64,000 nt of DNA from an uncultured Nitrososphaerales archaeon. Lineage in GTDB: Archaea > Thermoproteota > Nitrososphaeria > Nitrososphaerales > Nitrososphaeraceae. This document shows, piece by piece, positions 36,076 through 46,614 of this stretch; positions within the stretch are counted from its first letter, which is position 1, and every line of letters begins with the position of its first letter. The position numbers and the translations under genes were made by a program. The notes beneath the pieces were generated by a model. The model was given only the letters and a program-made list of their open reading frames with translations, had not been told where the DNA came from and ran no database searches. The stretch spans positions 64,001 through 128,000 of the forward strand of contig CAVQMO010000001.1 in the NCBI GenBank assembly GCA_963713605.1, given 5' to 3'.

Positions 36076-36369
36076 ATGCCAATGGCCATAATCCCAGATA
36101 TAGACGAACAGAGATGTATTGGTTGTGCTCTCTGCGTAGAGATTTGTACAGCTTTAGGTCCAGATGTGCTCAGAGTAAAGCCAGTAGAAGGATGGAAAAG
36201 AGGAAAAGCATTCATCTTTTATCCTGAAAGATGCATATCAGATGGCGCATGCTTAGGGGTATGTCCTACCCATGCGATATTCTGGATGAGACCTATGGAA
36301 TACACTTCAGGACAACCGATTCCTCTACACAAGAATGGTGTGTTTGAGAAAGGTTGGGAAGAAGGTTAG
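36076..36369 (+). CDS. Dicluster ferredoxin (thaumarchaeal type)
   Basis: CIGCALCVEIC and CISDGACLGVCP; TTTAAATA upstream and oligo-T downstream (~36405). Confidence 0.92.
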   Translation: MPMAIIPDIDEQRCIGCALCVEICTALGPDVLRVKPVEGWKRGKAFIFYPERCISDGACLGVCPTHAIFWMRPMEYTSGQPIPLHKNGVFEKGWEEG

Positions 36370-36769
36370 TAGGACCGAACAATCAAATTATCCTAACTAC
36401 CGCATTTTTTTTATATTTTTTTATGATCTTTTATTGTAATTGAATCAGATTAATCTGTAATAGCTGCAGTTAACACAGGCTATCTAATAACGGTTATCAG
36501 TTCAACCATTCACCCAATCAATTTTAATGAAGCTAAATTTCTGTGAACGACTCAGGCTTGTCATTTGTAGATAAAGTTCTAGTAGTTCCGTTATGTCAAC
36601 GTGATCCCTTGTTGCTTCTTACTCTTCCAAATCTGCAAATTGAAATGCACTAGGCAAAAACAACTTCCCTCTGCGAAGATTCTTATCTGCTCAGGCTAAG
36701 TTACGAGAGTCCTAGATTCGATGCATTCAAGACGATGGTATTTATAATCATGGAATATAGAAACTTAGA

Positions 36770-37528
36770 TTGGACATTTCAGAGTTTGTATCTTCATTAC
36801 CGGAAAATGTACTAACGGGTGATGATATATCTTTACCTGAAAGTGTAATAAGAAAAATCTTTAGATTTGGAGAGGTTAACAGTGATGATATCTTTTACCA
36901 TCTTGGCTGTGGGGTTGGGAATACGGTACAAATTGCTGCCAAGGAGTTTGGGGTGAAACGTTCTATCGGTGTCGAGATAAGAGATGAAATAGCCTCTGTG
37001 GCAGAAAAAAGGATAAGAAGGCTGAAGAATGCACAAATAATTGTTGAAGATATCAGAAACGTTAGTCTTTCTGACGCGACAGTAGTTTTGTTTTGGTTTA
37101 ATGATGAACAAATAGCAGATAAAATGACGGCGAAATTCAAGAAAGAGACAAAGGAAAACATCAGGATACTAACAATTCTATCCCCGCTTGGATTGATCAA
37201 ACCATCAAAAGTAAATTTTCCGTTCTTCATGACTATGAAACCTTTTGAATTTTATCGTGACTTGCAGGAGCAGATTGAAATCATTCACGGTACCAAATGC
37301 CTAGATTTTACAGGATCATGGAATATAGCAAGTAGATATATTACGGAAATGGAAGTAGTCCCAGGAGAGCACCAGCGATTCGTGACCATGGTTCAATGCA
37401 TGGTTATCTGGATAAACGCTTGGAACATAGGTATTGCATGCGAAAGCGAAATACCTCCCCCAGTGAAAGCTTATATTGGAATTTTGAAGGAGTTCTTCAA
37501 TTTGGACTTGTCAAGTATGATACAATAG
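36770..37528 (+). CDS. SAM-dependent methyltransferase, DOT1/aKMT-like, with a C-terminal helical domain
   Basis: DDIFYHLGCGVG, AAKEFGVKRSIGVEI, EDI...SDATVVLFW. Confidence 0.8.
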   Translation: MDISEFVSSLPENVLTGDDISLPESVIRKIFRFGEVNSDDIFYHLGCGVGNTVQIAAKEFGVKRSIGVEIRDEIASVAEKRIRRLKNAQIIVEDIRNVSLSDATVVLFWFNDEQIADKMTAKFKKETKENIRILTILSPLGLIKPSKVNFPFFMTMKPFEFYRDLQEQIEIIHGTKCLDFTGSWNIASRYITEMEVVPGEHQRFVTMVQCMVIWINAWNIGIACESEIPPPVKAYIGILKEFFNLDLSSMIQ

Positions 37529-37615
37529 TCACTACGGAAACAACAGGGTTAGTCGTCCGATTTCTCAAAATGGTCAAAAGGCCTCAATCAATTGTCCGAA
37601 GGCTAAACATTTTCC

Positions 37616-37786
37616 CTAGGTGAAGGCTGGAAGTGATTCGCCCAACCCAGGACGCTCTTTCTCTAAACGAGCTATGTTGCGTGACATGTATTCCATAGTA
37701 CCAGGGATATGACACTTGCACACACATTCTTCACAATCAATATGATTTCCGTTTTTACAATTATTAGATAATTCCTTTCTATTCAT
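37616..37786 (-). CDS. Small Cys/His-rich putative zinc-binding protein
   Basis: CKNGNHIDCEECVCKCH motif in a 56-aa ORF. Confidence 0.55.
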   Translation of the reverse strand: MNRKELSNNCKNGNHIDCEECVCKCHIPGTMEYMSRNIARLEKERPGLGESLPAFT

Positions 37787-37933
37787 CGTACATTTGACTA
37801 TGTAGACTAATTTTAATTTTATCAACCATAGAAGCTTTTCGTTCGTAACAATTTTCATACCAGAACGAAACAAACCAGAGCATTTACGCTTCGAATATTA
37901 GATGCGCGTGTATAGACGGGTGATAAGCAAGGC

Positions 37934-38580
37934 TTAGAGTTCATAGAATAAGATTATTTCCCCATTTGTATGCTTTTTTACATCTCTAAGCTTTAGCGGT
38001 ATGCCTTTAGAAATCCGATCGCAACCTTCACCCTCTACTAATGTGACTGCAGATCTCCCCCCAACAATCCGAGGAGACATCGTAATTATTAATTCGTCAA
38101 CAATACCAAGTTTTAGAACGGACCAATTTAGCTCTCCTCCTCCCTCCACTAAAATCCTCTTATAACCCATCTCTTCCAACATTCTGAAAACCTTCCTAAG
38201 CTCAACCTTATTTCGTCCTGCAACTAGAACTTTTGCGCCAGTACCCTCTATCCGACTGATATTGTCAAAAGAAATCTTATGAGAGGCAGCCACTATGGTA
38301 TTTAATTCATTAGCTTTTTCAGGAGCCTAGAACTTGAAGGAATCCTCCCGGTGCTATCAACGACCACTCTTGTTGGAGACCTTGAAACGGCCGTGCCAAA
38401 TCTGACTGTCAGCTGGGGATCATCTGCAAGCACTGTAGAAATACCGACCATTATCGCGTCCGCAGAATTCCTTAATTGATGAACTCTTCTCAAATCAACG
38501 TTTGATGATATAGCTGAATTTCCGCTTTTAGTGGCTATTTTTCCATCAGCTGTCATTGCTGCATTAATAACAATCTTCAA
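37934..38580 (-). CDS. arfC: 2,5-diamino-6-ribosylamino-4(3H)-pyrimidinone 5'-phosphate reductase (Rib7/ArfC type), -1 frameshift at ~38315
   Basis: NAAMTADGKIAT, VHQLRNSADAIMVGISTVLADDPQLTVR, ILVEGGGELN. No deaminase domain. Confidence 0.9.
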
Positions 38581-38597
38581 TTATCTGACTGCCTCTT

Positions 38598-39869
38598 TCA
38601 CAAATTCACTGTTACAAATTCTCCGTTTATCATCAAACCCATGATTGAACTTTGGCCAGCCCTTTGCACTATAGATGCATAAGGATCGTGGATTGGAAAT
38701 AGGTCGACATGGTTCTTGTCAATAAACATTATGTCAGCGGATCGCCCAGGTTCGATGCAACCAGAATTCAAGTGAAGAATTTCGGCTCCATTAACTGTAG
38801 CCATCTTCAATATATCTCGCGCACTTATCTGATGTACACCCGTAGCCCTGGAAACCTTCCAAATGTAGTCCATTTCCTTGAATAAATCTGGGGAATTAAG
38901 CATAACGTTATCAGTTCCTAATCCGACTACGCAACCGTTGTTTATCATATCCGCAATTCTAGGGACACCACAACCTAGTAATCCATTAGATCTTGGACAA
39001 ACCACTATACCCATTTTATTTGTCGCTATAGCTGCAATGTCCTTATCATTCGCTTGCGTCATATGAATAACGAAGTCAGGCTGGAGGAACCTGATTGCTC
39101 TTTCAACTTCTGTCAACCCAGACTTCCTAATGGACAGTGCGGTCGTTTTTTGAGACTCGGCAGTATGGATCGCGAGTAATCTCTTGGTTCCCAGCCTATT
39201 TGTGCTATCGTAGTTTCTAACCGCCTTCGAATATTCGGTTAGCGACCGATCGGTATTTTCATTTGTCCCGCTTATTCCGAGTCCATCCGAAACATCAAGC
39301 ACATCAAACACCTCCTGTGTTAAAACTGAAGAATCTACCGATGATCCTTTATTTTCGGTACCTGAGTTAGAATGGAGATAGGGAGACTCAAAGTATTTCT
39401 CTATTCTACCCAAGACTAAAGGTTTAATTTTTAAGCCGGAGACAGCTCTCCTTAATAGCCTTACGCCATCCAGACCTCCCTCACGGAAATCTGCAAACGC
39501 TACAATTCCACCTTTTAACATCGAGATCGCGGTATTTCTCATGAATGCCTCGAGGTGGGTGGGATCAGTTCTGGAAAGGATCTTGCGTTTTATACCGACA
39601 ATTGGATCAACAGTGGACGACAAATCGGGATCTGAGGTAAAGTCCTTTGCAATGGAATCCCCGATGTGTGTGTGCGCATTTATGAGTCCCGGAACTAGCA
39701 AAAGACCTTCCGCATCAAAAATTGATGATTCCCTATCCATGGGGCTAAGTTCCCGATCAGTTCCAACCCTAGTAATGATACCATTGTCAGAGATCTGTAC
39801 GACTCCTCTTTCAACAAATATTAGATCTGGCCCTCTCAGAAGACTTGCATTCTTTATGAGAACAGGCAT
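38598..39869 (-). CDS. Metal-dependent amidohydrolase (deaminase-like) inside the rib operon
   Basis: PGLINAHTHIGD, IHTAES, IHMT, VVCPRSN, GLGTDN, MATVNGA. Its start overlaps the gch3 stop. Confidence 0.88.
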   Translation of the reverse strand: MPVLIKNASLLRGPDLIFVERGVVQISDNGIITRVGTDRELSPMDRESSIFDAEGLLLVPGLINAHTHIGDSIAKDFTSDPDLSSTVDPIVGIKRKILSRTDPTHLEAFMRNTAISMLKGGIVAFADFREGGLDGVRLLRRAVSGLKIKPLVLGRIEKYFESPYLHSNSGTENKGSSVDSSVLTQEVFDVLDVSDGLGISGTNENTDRSLTEYSKAVRNYDSTNRLGTKRLLAIHTAESQKTTALSIRKSGLTEVERAIRFLQPDFVIHMTQANDKDIAAIATNKMGIVVCPRSNGLLGCGVPRIADMINNGCVVGLGTDNVMLNSPDLFKEMDYIWKVSRATGVHQISARDILKMATVNGAEILHLNSGCIEPGRSADIMFIDKNHVDLFPIHDPYASIVQRAGQSSIMGLMINGEFVTVNL

Positions 39870-40618
39870 TATATTTCATAAATTGAAACGTGTGTTCCAT
39901 TATCTCTTAATTCTCTAACTTTGTCAAGGGCCTTCGTTGCAATCATAGCAGCTTCTCTCCCTGTTTTTCCTTTTCCTATTCCACAATTAAGAGGAATACG
40001 TGTATCTTCTGTAATTTCAAGCAGTATGTTTTCTACTTCCTCTTTGAGTATATTGCTTGCTATCACCATGAAATTATCCCCTCCAAGATAAAAAGTAAGG
40101 CAATCCTTTTCCATAAATTTATCTACTAATCGCGAATATATGTCAAATATCATCGATGTTACTTGATAAGGGGACATTTCCAAATTCAGTTTACTGAGTC
40201 CACTAACATCGATATGCATTATCCGGATATCGGTCATATGATTTCCTACTCCATGTAAGTCATGTCCATAGATTCCTCGAGACGCGATTTGAACCCCCTT
40301 TTTTCGAGCTTCAAAAGCGCTTCTGTCTGCCTGAGTAGGAGTGTCACCGTATCCTAAGGCCATGGAAAAACCCAGCTGCGGATACAATTTGGTAAGCTTT
40401 CTTTGTATATCCACTAATTCTGAAATTAGCAATCCATTGGTGATAGCAAAGAATTCATCAAATCTATTGGGGTAGACAATGCAATGCTTTTCAGAAAATA
40501 GTCGCTGGATATCAAAATAAATCCTTGCTTGAAGCATTTGGAGTGCTGATTCTCGATCGCTGCCGAGAGTTAGAGTCCATGGACCATATCTATCAATCTT
40601 TATTATTGTCAAGTGCAT
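39869..40618 (-). CDS. gch3: GTP cyclohydrolase III
   Basis: IDRYGPWTLTLGSDRE..LQ.LQA, RFDEFFAITNG, IMHIDV, FYLGGDNFM. Confidence 0.9.
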   Translation of the reverse strand: MHLTIIKIDRYGPWTLTLGSDRESALQMLQARIYFDIQRLFSEKHCIVYPNRFDEFFAITNGLLISELVDIQRKLTKLYPQLGFSMALGYGDTPTQADRSAFEARKKGVQIASRGIYGHDLHGVGNHMTDIRIMHIDVSGLSKLNLEMSPYQVTSMIFDIYSRLVDKFMEKDCLTFYLGGDNFMVIASNILKEEVENILLEITEDTRIPLNCGIGKGKTGREAAMIATKALDKVRELRDNGTHVSIYEI

Positions 40619-40624
40619 ATCTAA

Positions 40625-41092
40625 CTACACTATTACTTTCAAGGAAGTACTAAAACCAGATCTTTGCGTTTTTAATTTTTTTAGGCGTCGCGCCATGTTA
40701 ACTGCTGCAATTACTGTCCTTGATGAAATAATCTCAACTCGATGTCTTGCTTGTTGCAGAGTCATATCTGGCCCACTGATGCCAAGTATGACAGGTTTAC
40801 GATACTTTAATGAAAGATCAATGAAGCTCTTGGCTACACTATTGGCAATTAGCTCGTCATGTTTTGTTTCTCCTTTGATAATTGCCCCCAATGTGATTAC
40901 TGCATCAACATCCCTTCGTTTTAATAACTCGTTAATGATCAGTGGCATGTCGTAACAACCAGGGACGTAACACACATAGCTCAATGTGACATCGTTTTGC
41001 TTGTAAATGTTTTCTTTTGCAAGATCAGACATTTTATAAGTGATTTGTTTATTAAATTCAGATACAACTAAGGCAATCCTGATCTTGTCCAA
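40625..41092 (-). CDS. ribH: 6,7-dimethyl-8-ribityllumazine synthase
   Basis: VVSEFN, VPGCYDMP, DAVITLGAIIKGETKHDE, GISGP. Confidence 0.93.
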   Translation of the reverse strand: MDKIRIALVVSEFNKQITYKMSDLAKENIYKQNDVTLSYVCYVPGCYDMPLIINELLKRRDVDAVITLGAIIKGETKHDELIANSVAKSFIDLSLKYRKPVILGISGPDMTLQQARHRVEIISSRTVIAAVNMARRLKKLKTQRSGFSTSLKVIV

Positions 41093-41101
41093 AGAATTTC
41101 G

Positions 41102-41785
41102 TTATACCGCCTTAGCATAATTTGTTAGTTGACTACCTTCGAGTATAAGGATGTTATTTTCGCTAGCATACTTTTGAGCCCCGCCGATGGTCAATGCACG
41201 ATGTGTATTTATGTCAAGCATCTCGCAAACGACAACTGAGTGAGTAAGTCCTGAGACTTGAGCCAAATACATACACAGTTCAGTATGACCTATTCTGTCA
41301 TTAAGTAGTCCCTTCGATGCAATCAAGATTGGAACATGACCTGGAGCCCTGAAGGAATTGGAAAACCTTTCTGGCCCATCCGAGTCAATGTTTCTACACA
41401 CCTCTGCAATTTTATTAATTGTTAACGCCCTGTCGTAATCAGTAATACCTGTATAGGTATCACGATGGTTCACAGAAATAGAAAAAGCAGATCGATCACC
41501 ATACGGGGACCTGCTAAAGGTAAGCTTCGAAAGCTCAGGAGCAGTAGTAGACATATGTTTTAAGATGTCATGCATATACATCAAGCCCAGTTTTGACGCA
41601 GCTTCATGGGTGATCGCAGTACAAATTAAACCACCTGCATGCCTGCGCATAATGGCAACGTGCATAGGGGTTACGAACTCCGCTGCGATTACCATATCGA
41701 CCTCATTCTCTCTCCCTTTGTCGTCATGGATAAGTACAAATTTACCGGCTGAGAGTGCGGCTATTGCATCTTCAAGTGAATACAA
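41102..41785 (-). CDS. ribB: 3,4-dihydroxy-2-butanone 4-phosphate synthase (archaeal type)
   Basis: HDDKGRENEVD, GGLIC, SAFSISVNH..TYTGITDYDRA, FRAPGHV, RIGHTE, VCEML. Confidence 0.94.
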   Translation of the reverse strand: MYSLEDAIAALSAGKFVLIHDDKGRENEVDMVIAAEFVTPMHVAIMRRHAGGLICTAITHEAASKLGLMYMHDILKHMSTTAPELSKLTFSRSPYGDRSAFSISVNHRDTYTGITDYDRALTINKIAEVCRNIDSDGPERFSNSFRAPGHVPILIASKGLLNDRIGHTELCMYLAQVSGLTHSVVVCEMLDINTHRALTIGGAQKYASENNILILEGSQLTNYAKAV

Positions 41786-41830
41786 TCAAATATTAGTCGA
41801 CATCAATTTGTTATATATCTTACTAATTTT

Positions 41831-42457
41831 TTAGTTATTACCAATATTCTGGTAATTAATCACGTAGCGACATATCACATCAATCTCTATATTTACTAAA
41901 TCTCCTTGTTGCTTTAAACCTAATGTAGTATTTTCCAGCGTAAAGGGAATAAGTGAAACAGAAAATCTATTCTTTTTATCATCTACATCATTTGAGGTTA
42001 GACTTATCCCATCAATTGCAATAGAGCCTTTCTGGGCAATATAAGGCATGAGAGAATGATCTTCACATGTGATCCACATTTTTGTCTCTGTGTCTTTTCT
42101 TTTAACCTCGTCAATAATTCCCATTCCATCTGTATGCCCTAAAACGATGTGGCCTCCTAGTCTGTCGCCTAACCGTAGGCTCCTTTCGATATTAACTAAG
42201 TCTCCCTTTTTTAATTGTCCCATTTGTGATCTCCTAGTTGTCTCACGCACTAATTCGAATTCGACCATTTGGTTTCGTTTGTTTATAACTGTCAAACAGG
42301 TTCCATTGAGATTCATACTATCACCCAACTTGAGCCCTTTCAATAATCTTGCCGGGATTTTCAATTTTAGCCTCATGTGAGCAGATCGTCCCAAATTTTT
42401 TTTCAAGCTGGAGAGAGATCTCACCTCGCCTAACCCTTCAATAATTCCTGTAAACAT
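41831..42457 (-). CDS. ribE: Riboflavin synthase, bacterial/eukaryotic (alpha-chain) type
   Basis: N-terminal MFTGII, NGTCLTV, VNIERSL, GGHIVLGHTDG, KGSIAIDGISLT, VNIEID. Confidence 0.94.
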   Translation of the reverse strand: MFTGIIEGLGEVRSLSSLKKNLGRSAHMRLKLKIPARLLKGLKLGDSMNLNGTCLTVINKRNQMVEFELVRETTRRSQMGQLKKGDLVNIERSLRLGDRLGGHIVLGHTDGMGIIDEVKRKDTETKMWITCEDHSLMPYIAQKGSIAIDGISLTSNDVDDKKNRFSVSLIPFTLENTTLGLKQQGDLVNIEIDVICRYVINYQNIGNN

Positions 42458-42794
42458 ATGTAGTTACAACGAAATGAACAAATAAGTGCATATTAAATCT
42501 CGCTAAGTTTTGCAGAGTGAGAATATCCTCAGGCTGTGTTTGTTGTAAATTTTGCATATTGCTAAAACGGGTAAATAGTTAGATATGGCTACTACTATCA
42601 ATATCTATGGGAATCAGTCATATGGAGGTATTATTTTGCAAGATACTTTCTCGTATGTGCATTAATCCGTCCTACAACCTTGAAGGATGTATCGCACGTA
42701 GTATTGTCCATGCAAATGCCTTTCGATCAATACATGGATGCAGATGTAACTAGTTAGCCCAAGAAGTGTGGTTGGTATCACAATATGATCGGTC

Positions 42795-43172
42795 CTATGA
42801 TCCCATCATTCCTGGTAGTTTGATGGGTGTTCTATACATCTTCGTCAGGTTCAGGCCCTCACTGGTGGTGACAGTAACGAAGTCAAGCGGGACGTTTCCG
42901 GGCGGAGATAACAGCATTTTCTGTCCTGGTGAAATTGATTCCACTGACTCAGTACTCTGTCCACCATAATTTATTACTACGTTGGTTAGAGGAAGCTTTC
43001 CTGTATTTGATAGTGTGACTCTTGCAGTACTAAAGAGGTTTTGTTCGTCCTTAAGAGGATCTATTTCAAGATTGTAATCCGCAGAAAATATGTTAAAACC
43101 ATAGACTACTATCAACACCCCTGACAACGCAATTATAGCACTTATAATAACAACGACAATACTACGACGCAT
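42795..43172 (-). CDS. Membrane-anchored small Ig-like protein
   Basis: N-terminal TM and VTLSNTGKLPLTNV (CARDB/Ig-like strand pattern). Confidence 0.7.
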   Translation of the reverse strand: MRRSIVVVIISAIIALSGVLIVVYGFNIFSADYNLEIDPLKDEQNLFSTARVTLSNTGKLPLTNVVINYGGQSTESVESISPGQKMLLSPPGNVPLDFVTVTTSEGLNLTKMYRTPIKLPGMMGS

Positions 43173-43710
43173 CCTCTGTCTTACTTAGGTAGGAAGTGTA
43201 TTTAACATTTATCAGAAAGAATGAGCCACCTTACATGTTTGGCAAAACCGAGCCAACAATACTAAAAAAACGGTCGAGTAACTAAATCAATCTATCAAGA
43301 ACAAATTTACGCATTATTTACATTAAGGTCAATTTTAGACTGACAAAGGTTCGGTAGATAAAGGATATTCTGTTGCCATTGCTCACCAAAGTTGATTATT
43401 TTGCACAATGCTAAGGTCATAATACGCATCAAAAACACATAGGCTCCAGAAATTAATCTTCATTTTATTTTGAGTGCCTGAATTGAGTACATACATAGTA
43501 GTACTTAACACATGTAGCCTTGAGAAATTTCTATCTCAAAACATCTGTCATAAACAAAATATAGTCTAGATCGATGTATATTGCTTTTAAAGATAGGAGC
43601 TCTTGTTACAAGTCAGTTATTTTCATTCTTCCTGAACTCGCTTTACAAGCCTCTCAAGTAACATTAGGACGAATCTCACGTTTTGGTACAGGCTATTGTA
43701 GCAGGCGAGC

Positions 43711-45782
43711 TCAAGCCTTTGCATAAAATCCTGCTTTCCGTTCGAAGATTTGGCCATTTTGCATGGCTTTTCTTAGATAATTTTTTGCCTCATCTTCCGT
43801 AAATTTTCCAGTATTTATGAGTTCGTCAATGAAGTTTCTTTCACTTACGTCATTCTTATCTTCGCCTGCAAGGGCATTAAATATCTCTATAAATAGCTTC
43901 AGTTTAGAGACTTCGCTGTGTGGTTTACCGTGAAGTACCCCTAGATCTACCTTCCCAGTATTCACATCCATACCAGCCGTCTCTAGCATTCTTTGCACCA
44001 AATATATTGCACGTTCAGCATCATCAATTTCTACCATGTCCTTTAACAACAATCGGGCTCGAGCAGTCGCTAACCTCACGAGTCCTTCAAGTTGTCTGGG
44101 AGTAACAGTAATCATTCCCTCGGCTTCTACATTTCGCATTTTCATGTAATAGTCTTTAATTATATCCATTGCTTCATTCGATAGAGAAGGCTCGACTTGC
44201 TTTGCATATGCGAGATACTTACTAAGTAATTCTGTATCAATCGCGGGTTGAGCGAGCTCGATTAGCATCCCTATGAATTTCCAGAATATGGCTTGCGACC
44301 CGACTATCTTTTTCTCTTTCAGGAGTGTCCCGAACCACAAAAATAAGATCAAACCTCGTAAGGAGGGGGATAGGTAGATTAACGTTTTCTGTAATATTCT
44401 TGAAAGGATCGTATTTTCCATACATTGGGTTGGCAGCAGAAAGAATAGATGTTCTTGCATTCAACGTAGCTACGATTCCTCCTTTCGCAACAGAACAAGT
44501 TTGTTGTTCCATTACCTCATGTAACGCAGATCGATCTTCCGGTCTCATCTTATCAAATTCATCTATGCAAACCAATCCTTGATCGCCCAATACGACTGCT
44601 CCTGCCTCCAGCATCATTATACCGGATTTGTCCCTAATTACGGCTGCAGTTAGTCCGGCCGACAGTAGAGCCTCTCCCTGAAGTATAAAGCCCCCTAGGA
44701 GCTATCTTTGCCGCAAACTTTAGCATCTCTGATTTTGCTGTACCCGGGTCACCTACTAGGAAGACATTCATATCTCCTCTTCTGGTTGATCCGTCACTAA
44801 GTTTCTTTGTTAAACTACCAACGATCAAAAGTAATATGGACTCCTTTATCACTTCATGTCCGTATACATGTGGGGCGAATGATGCAATCAATTTATCATA
44901 TGCATCGGCTTTACTTGATACAGTTATGATTTGTCTTTCATCTTCGCTCCTTATGGTTAGACGCTCTATTGTGCGCGAGTCCTTATTGCCAGTTCCTCCA
45001 CCAAGATATTCTATATTATTGCCTTCCATTCTTAGTCTGAATAGACTGGTTCTGATCTGGGGAGAGACTTGTTCTTGTTCTATTCTTACGATTCCAGTTA
45101 GCATAATTCTGTCACCGGGACGACACTGATCGACAAGGTCTCCCATGACAGTCACTTCCACATAATGTGGCAATTGACCGGCAGGTAAATCCTCCGGAAG
45201 CTCTTGAAGTCGTACCAATTGGAAGTCGGTAAAGATACTATTCTCTGGATCCATCTCAAGCTCCTTTTCTGCACAATTCACGCATTTTGCCGGTTTCTTT
45301 AACAACAGACCTTTGAGCTGCGCTTCATTAATCGTTTGACAATTCGTACATCTATACCCGATCCTCTTGGCTAAGGGCTTAACTTCTGAAGATCTTACAA
45401 CCATACCCCAGACCCCTATTAGCTTATCGATCACCTCTGCGTTAATATCACGTAATGTTCTCTGAACAGAATAATTGCCAATCCTAACCTTTATTCTGTC
45501 GATTATTTCTTCAGCATAATCCGGATGAATCTCGTTCAATACTGTCAAGACTGCAGAGTTAAATGCTTCGAGCATGTCATCAGGATGATGGGTCATTTCC
45601 TTTGCAAGGTCAGGAGTAAAAGTATCAAAATCAATATAGTCAATTACAACAGATGTAGAGCCGAGAGCCATCATGTGATTTATTCTTTCAAAGTACTTGT
45701 AATTGCCTAGGTTATCCTTAAAACCTCTCAGAAATCTTTCAAGTTCATTAGATAACGATGCAGAGGTCTGCTGTTCAGTCAA
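43711..45782 (-). CDS. mcm: MCM replicative helicase, split in three by frameshifts at ~44662 and ~44254; no intein
   Basis: Zn finger CTNC...[48 protein letters not shown]-terminal wHTH. Confidence 0.96.
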
Positions 45783-46321
45783 ATTTCCTTAAAACCTTCT
45801 TTTTGAACGCAATAGTCGACTCATGAATTAAATCATACAGTTCGCGCTCCTCCACTGATAATTTTTCTCTTATTGCCGGTGTTAATGTGGAGGTTGCAGA
45901 CCAACTTGACAATTTTTTCGATTCTCGATACTACGAATGAATTAAGTGATACAATTATTCTTTCCCGATCCTTTTCGTCTAATGAGGAGAGATAGTCGTT
46001 AACTCGGATGTAGAAGTCGGCGTTTATGCCAGAAAGATCGTGAGCCCTTGCAATTCTCTCCAAGTTGAGTGTTCTTGAAACGTAAGCGGCATCGTCCTTG
46101 TCGTTGATTGTGACTATTCCTGACTCCGAGAGGTTCTGCGCCAGCCACCGAGGAATCGAGCTAATGTCGCCTTCCTTCGAATCGATAACAATTTCATCCA
46201 GTGACACATTTAAAGCCTCCTTGTACTGCACTTTAACATCTTCTACTAGGTATCCCAACTTGTACGAATCTTGGATACTAGTCAGTCGCTTCTCATTCGA
46301 GAAACATTGGTAGTTTGCCAT
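45775..46321 (-). CDS. gins23: GINS complex subunit (Gins23 type), frameshift at ~45900
   Basis: IPRWLAQNL (B-domain), ADFY, RIEKIVKL, corrected KLSVEERELY. The corrected stop overlaps the mcm start. Confidence 0.82.
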
Positions 46322-46614
46322 TTTATCACGCTCCTACTTTTAACTTAATCATTCGAGTTATATTTTTTCTTATGACAGTTTTATTTAAGCGGTGGGTAAA
46401 TCAAACGTAACGTACAGTAACCAAAAAATGAACATGACTTTGGAGTTTTCAGTAAACTTGAATAGCCGTTAACTCGTTGGTGCTTTGGCACCGGTTTTTC
46501 AATCATACCATAAAATACCTAATAAGAACTCATCATTTTTTTTAGATAAGTCCAAGGTTTACAACTCGAATGATCGCTATGCATGAGGAGAGTAGGCAAC
46601 TACATATTTGTGTG

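Noticed and set aside
43711..45782. Intein in mcm or a replication origin next to mcm
   Set aside because: The joined length is normal for MCM, and no ORB-like repeats or cdc6 were seen.
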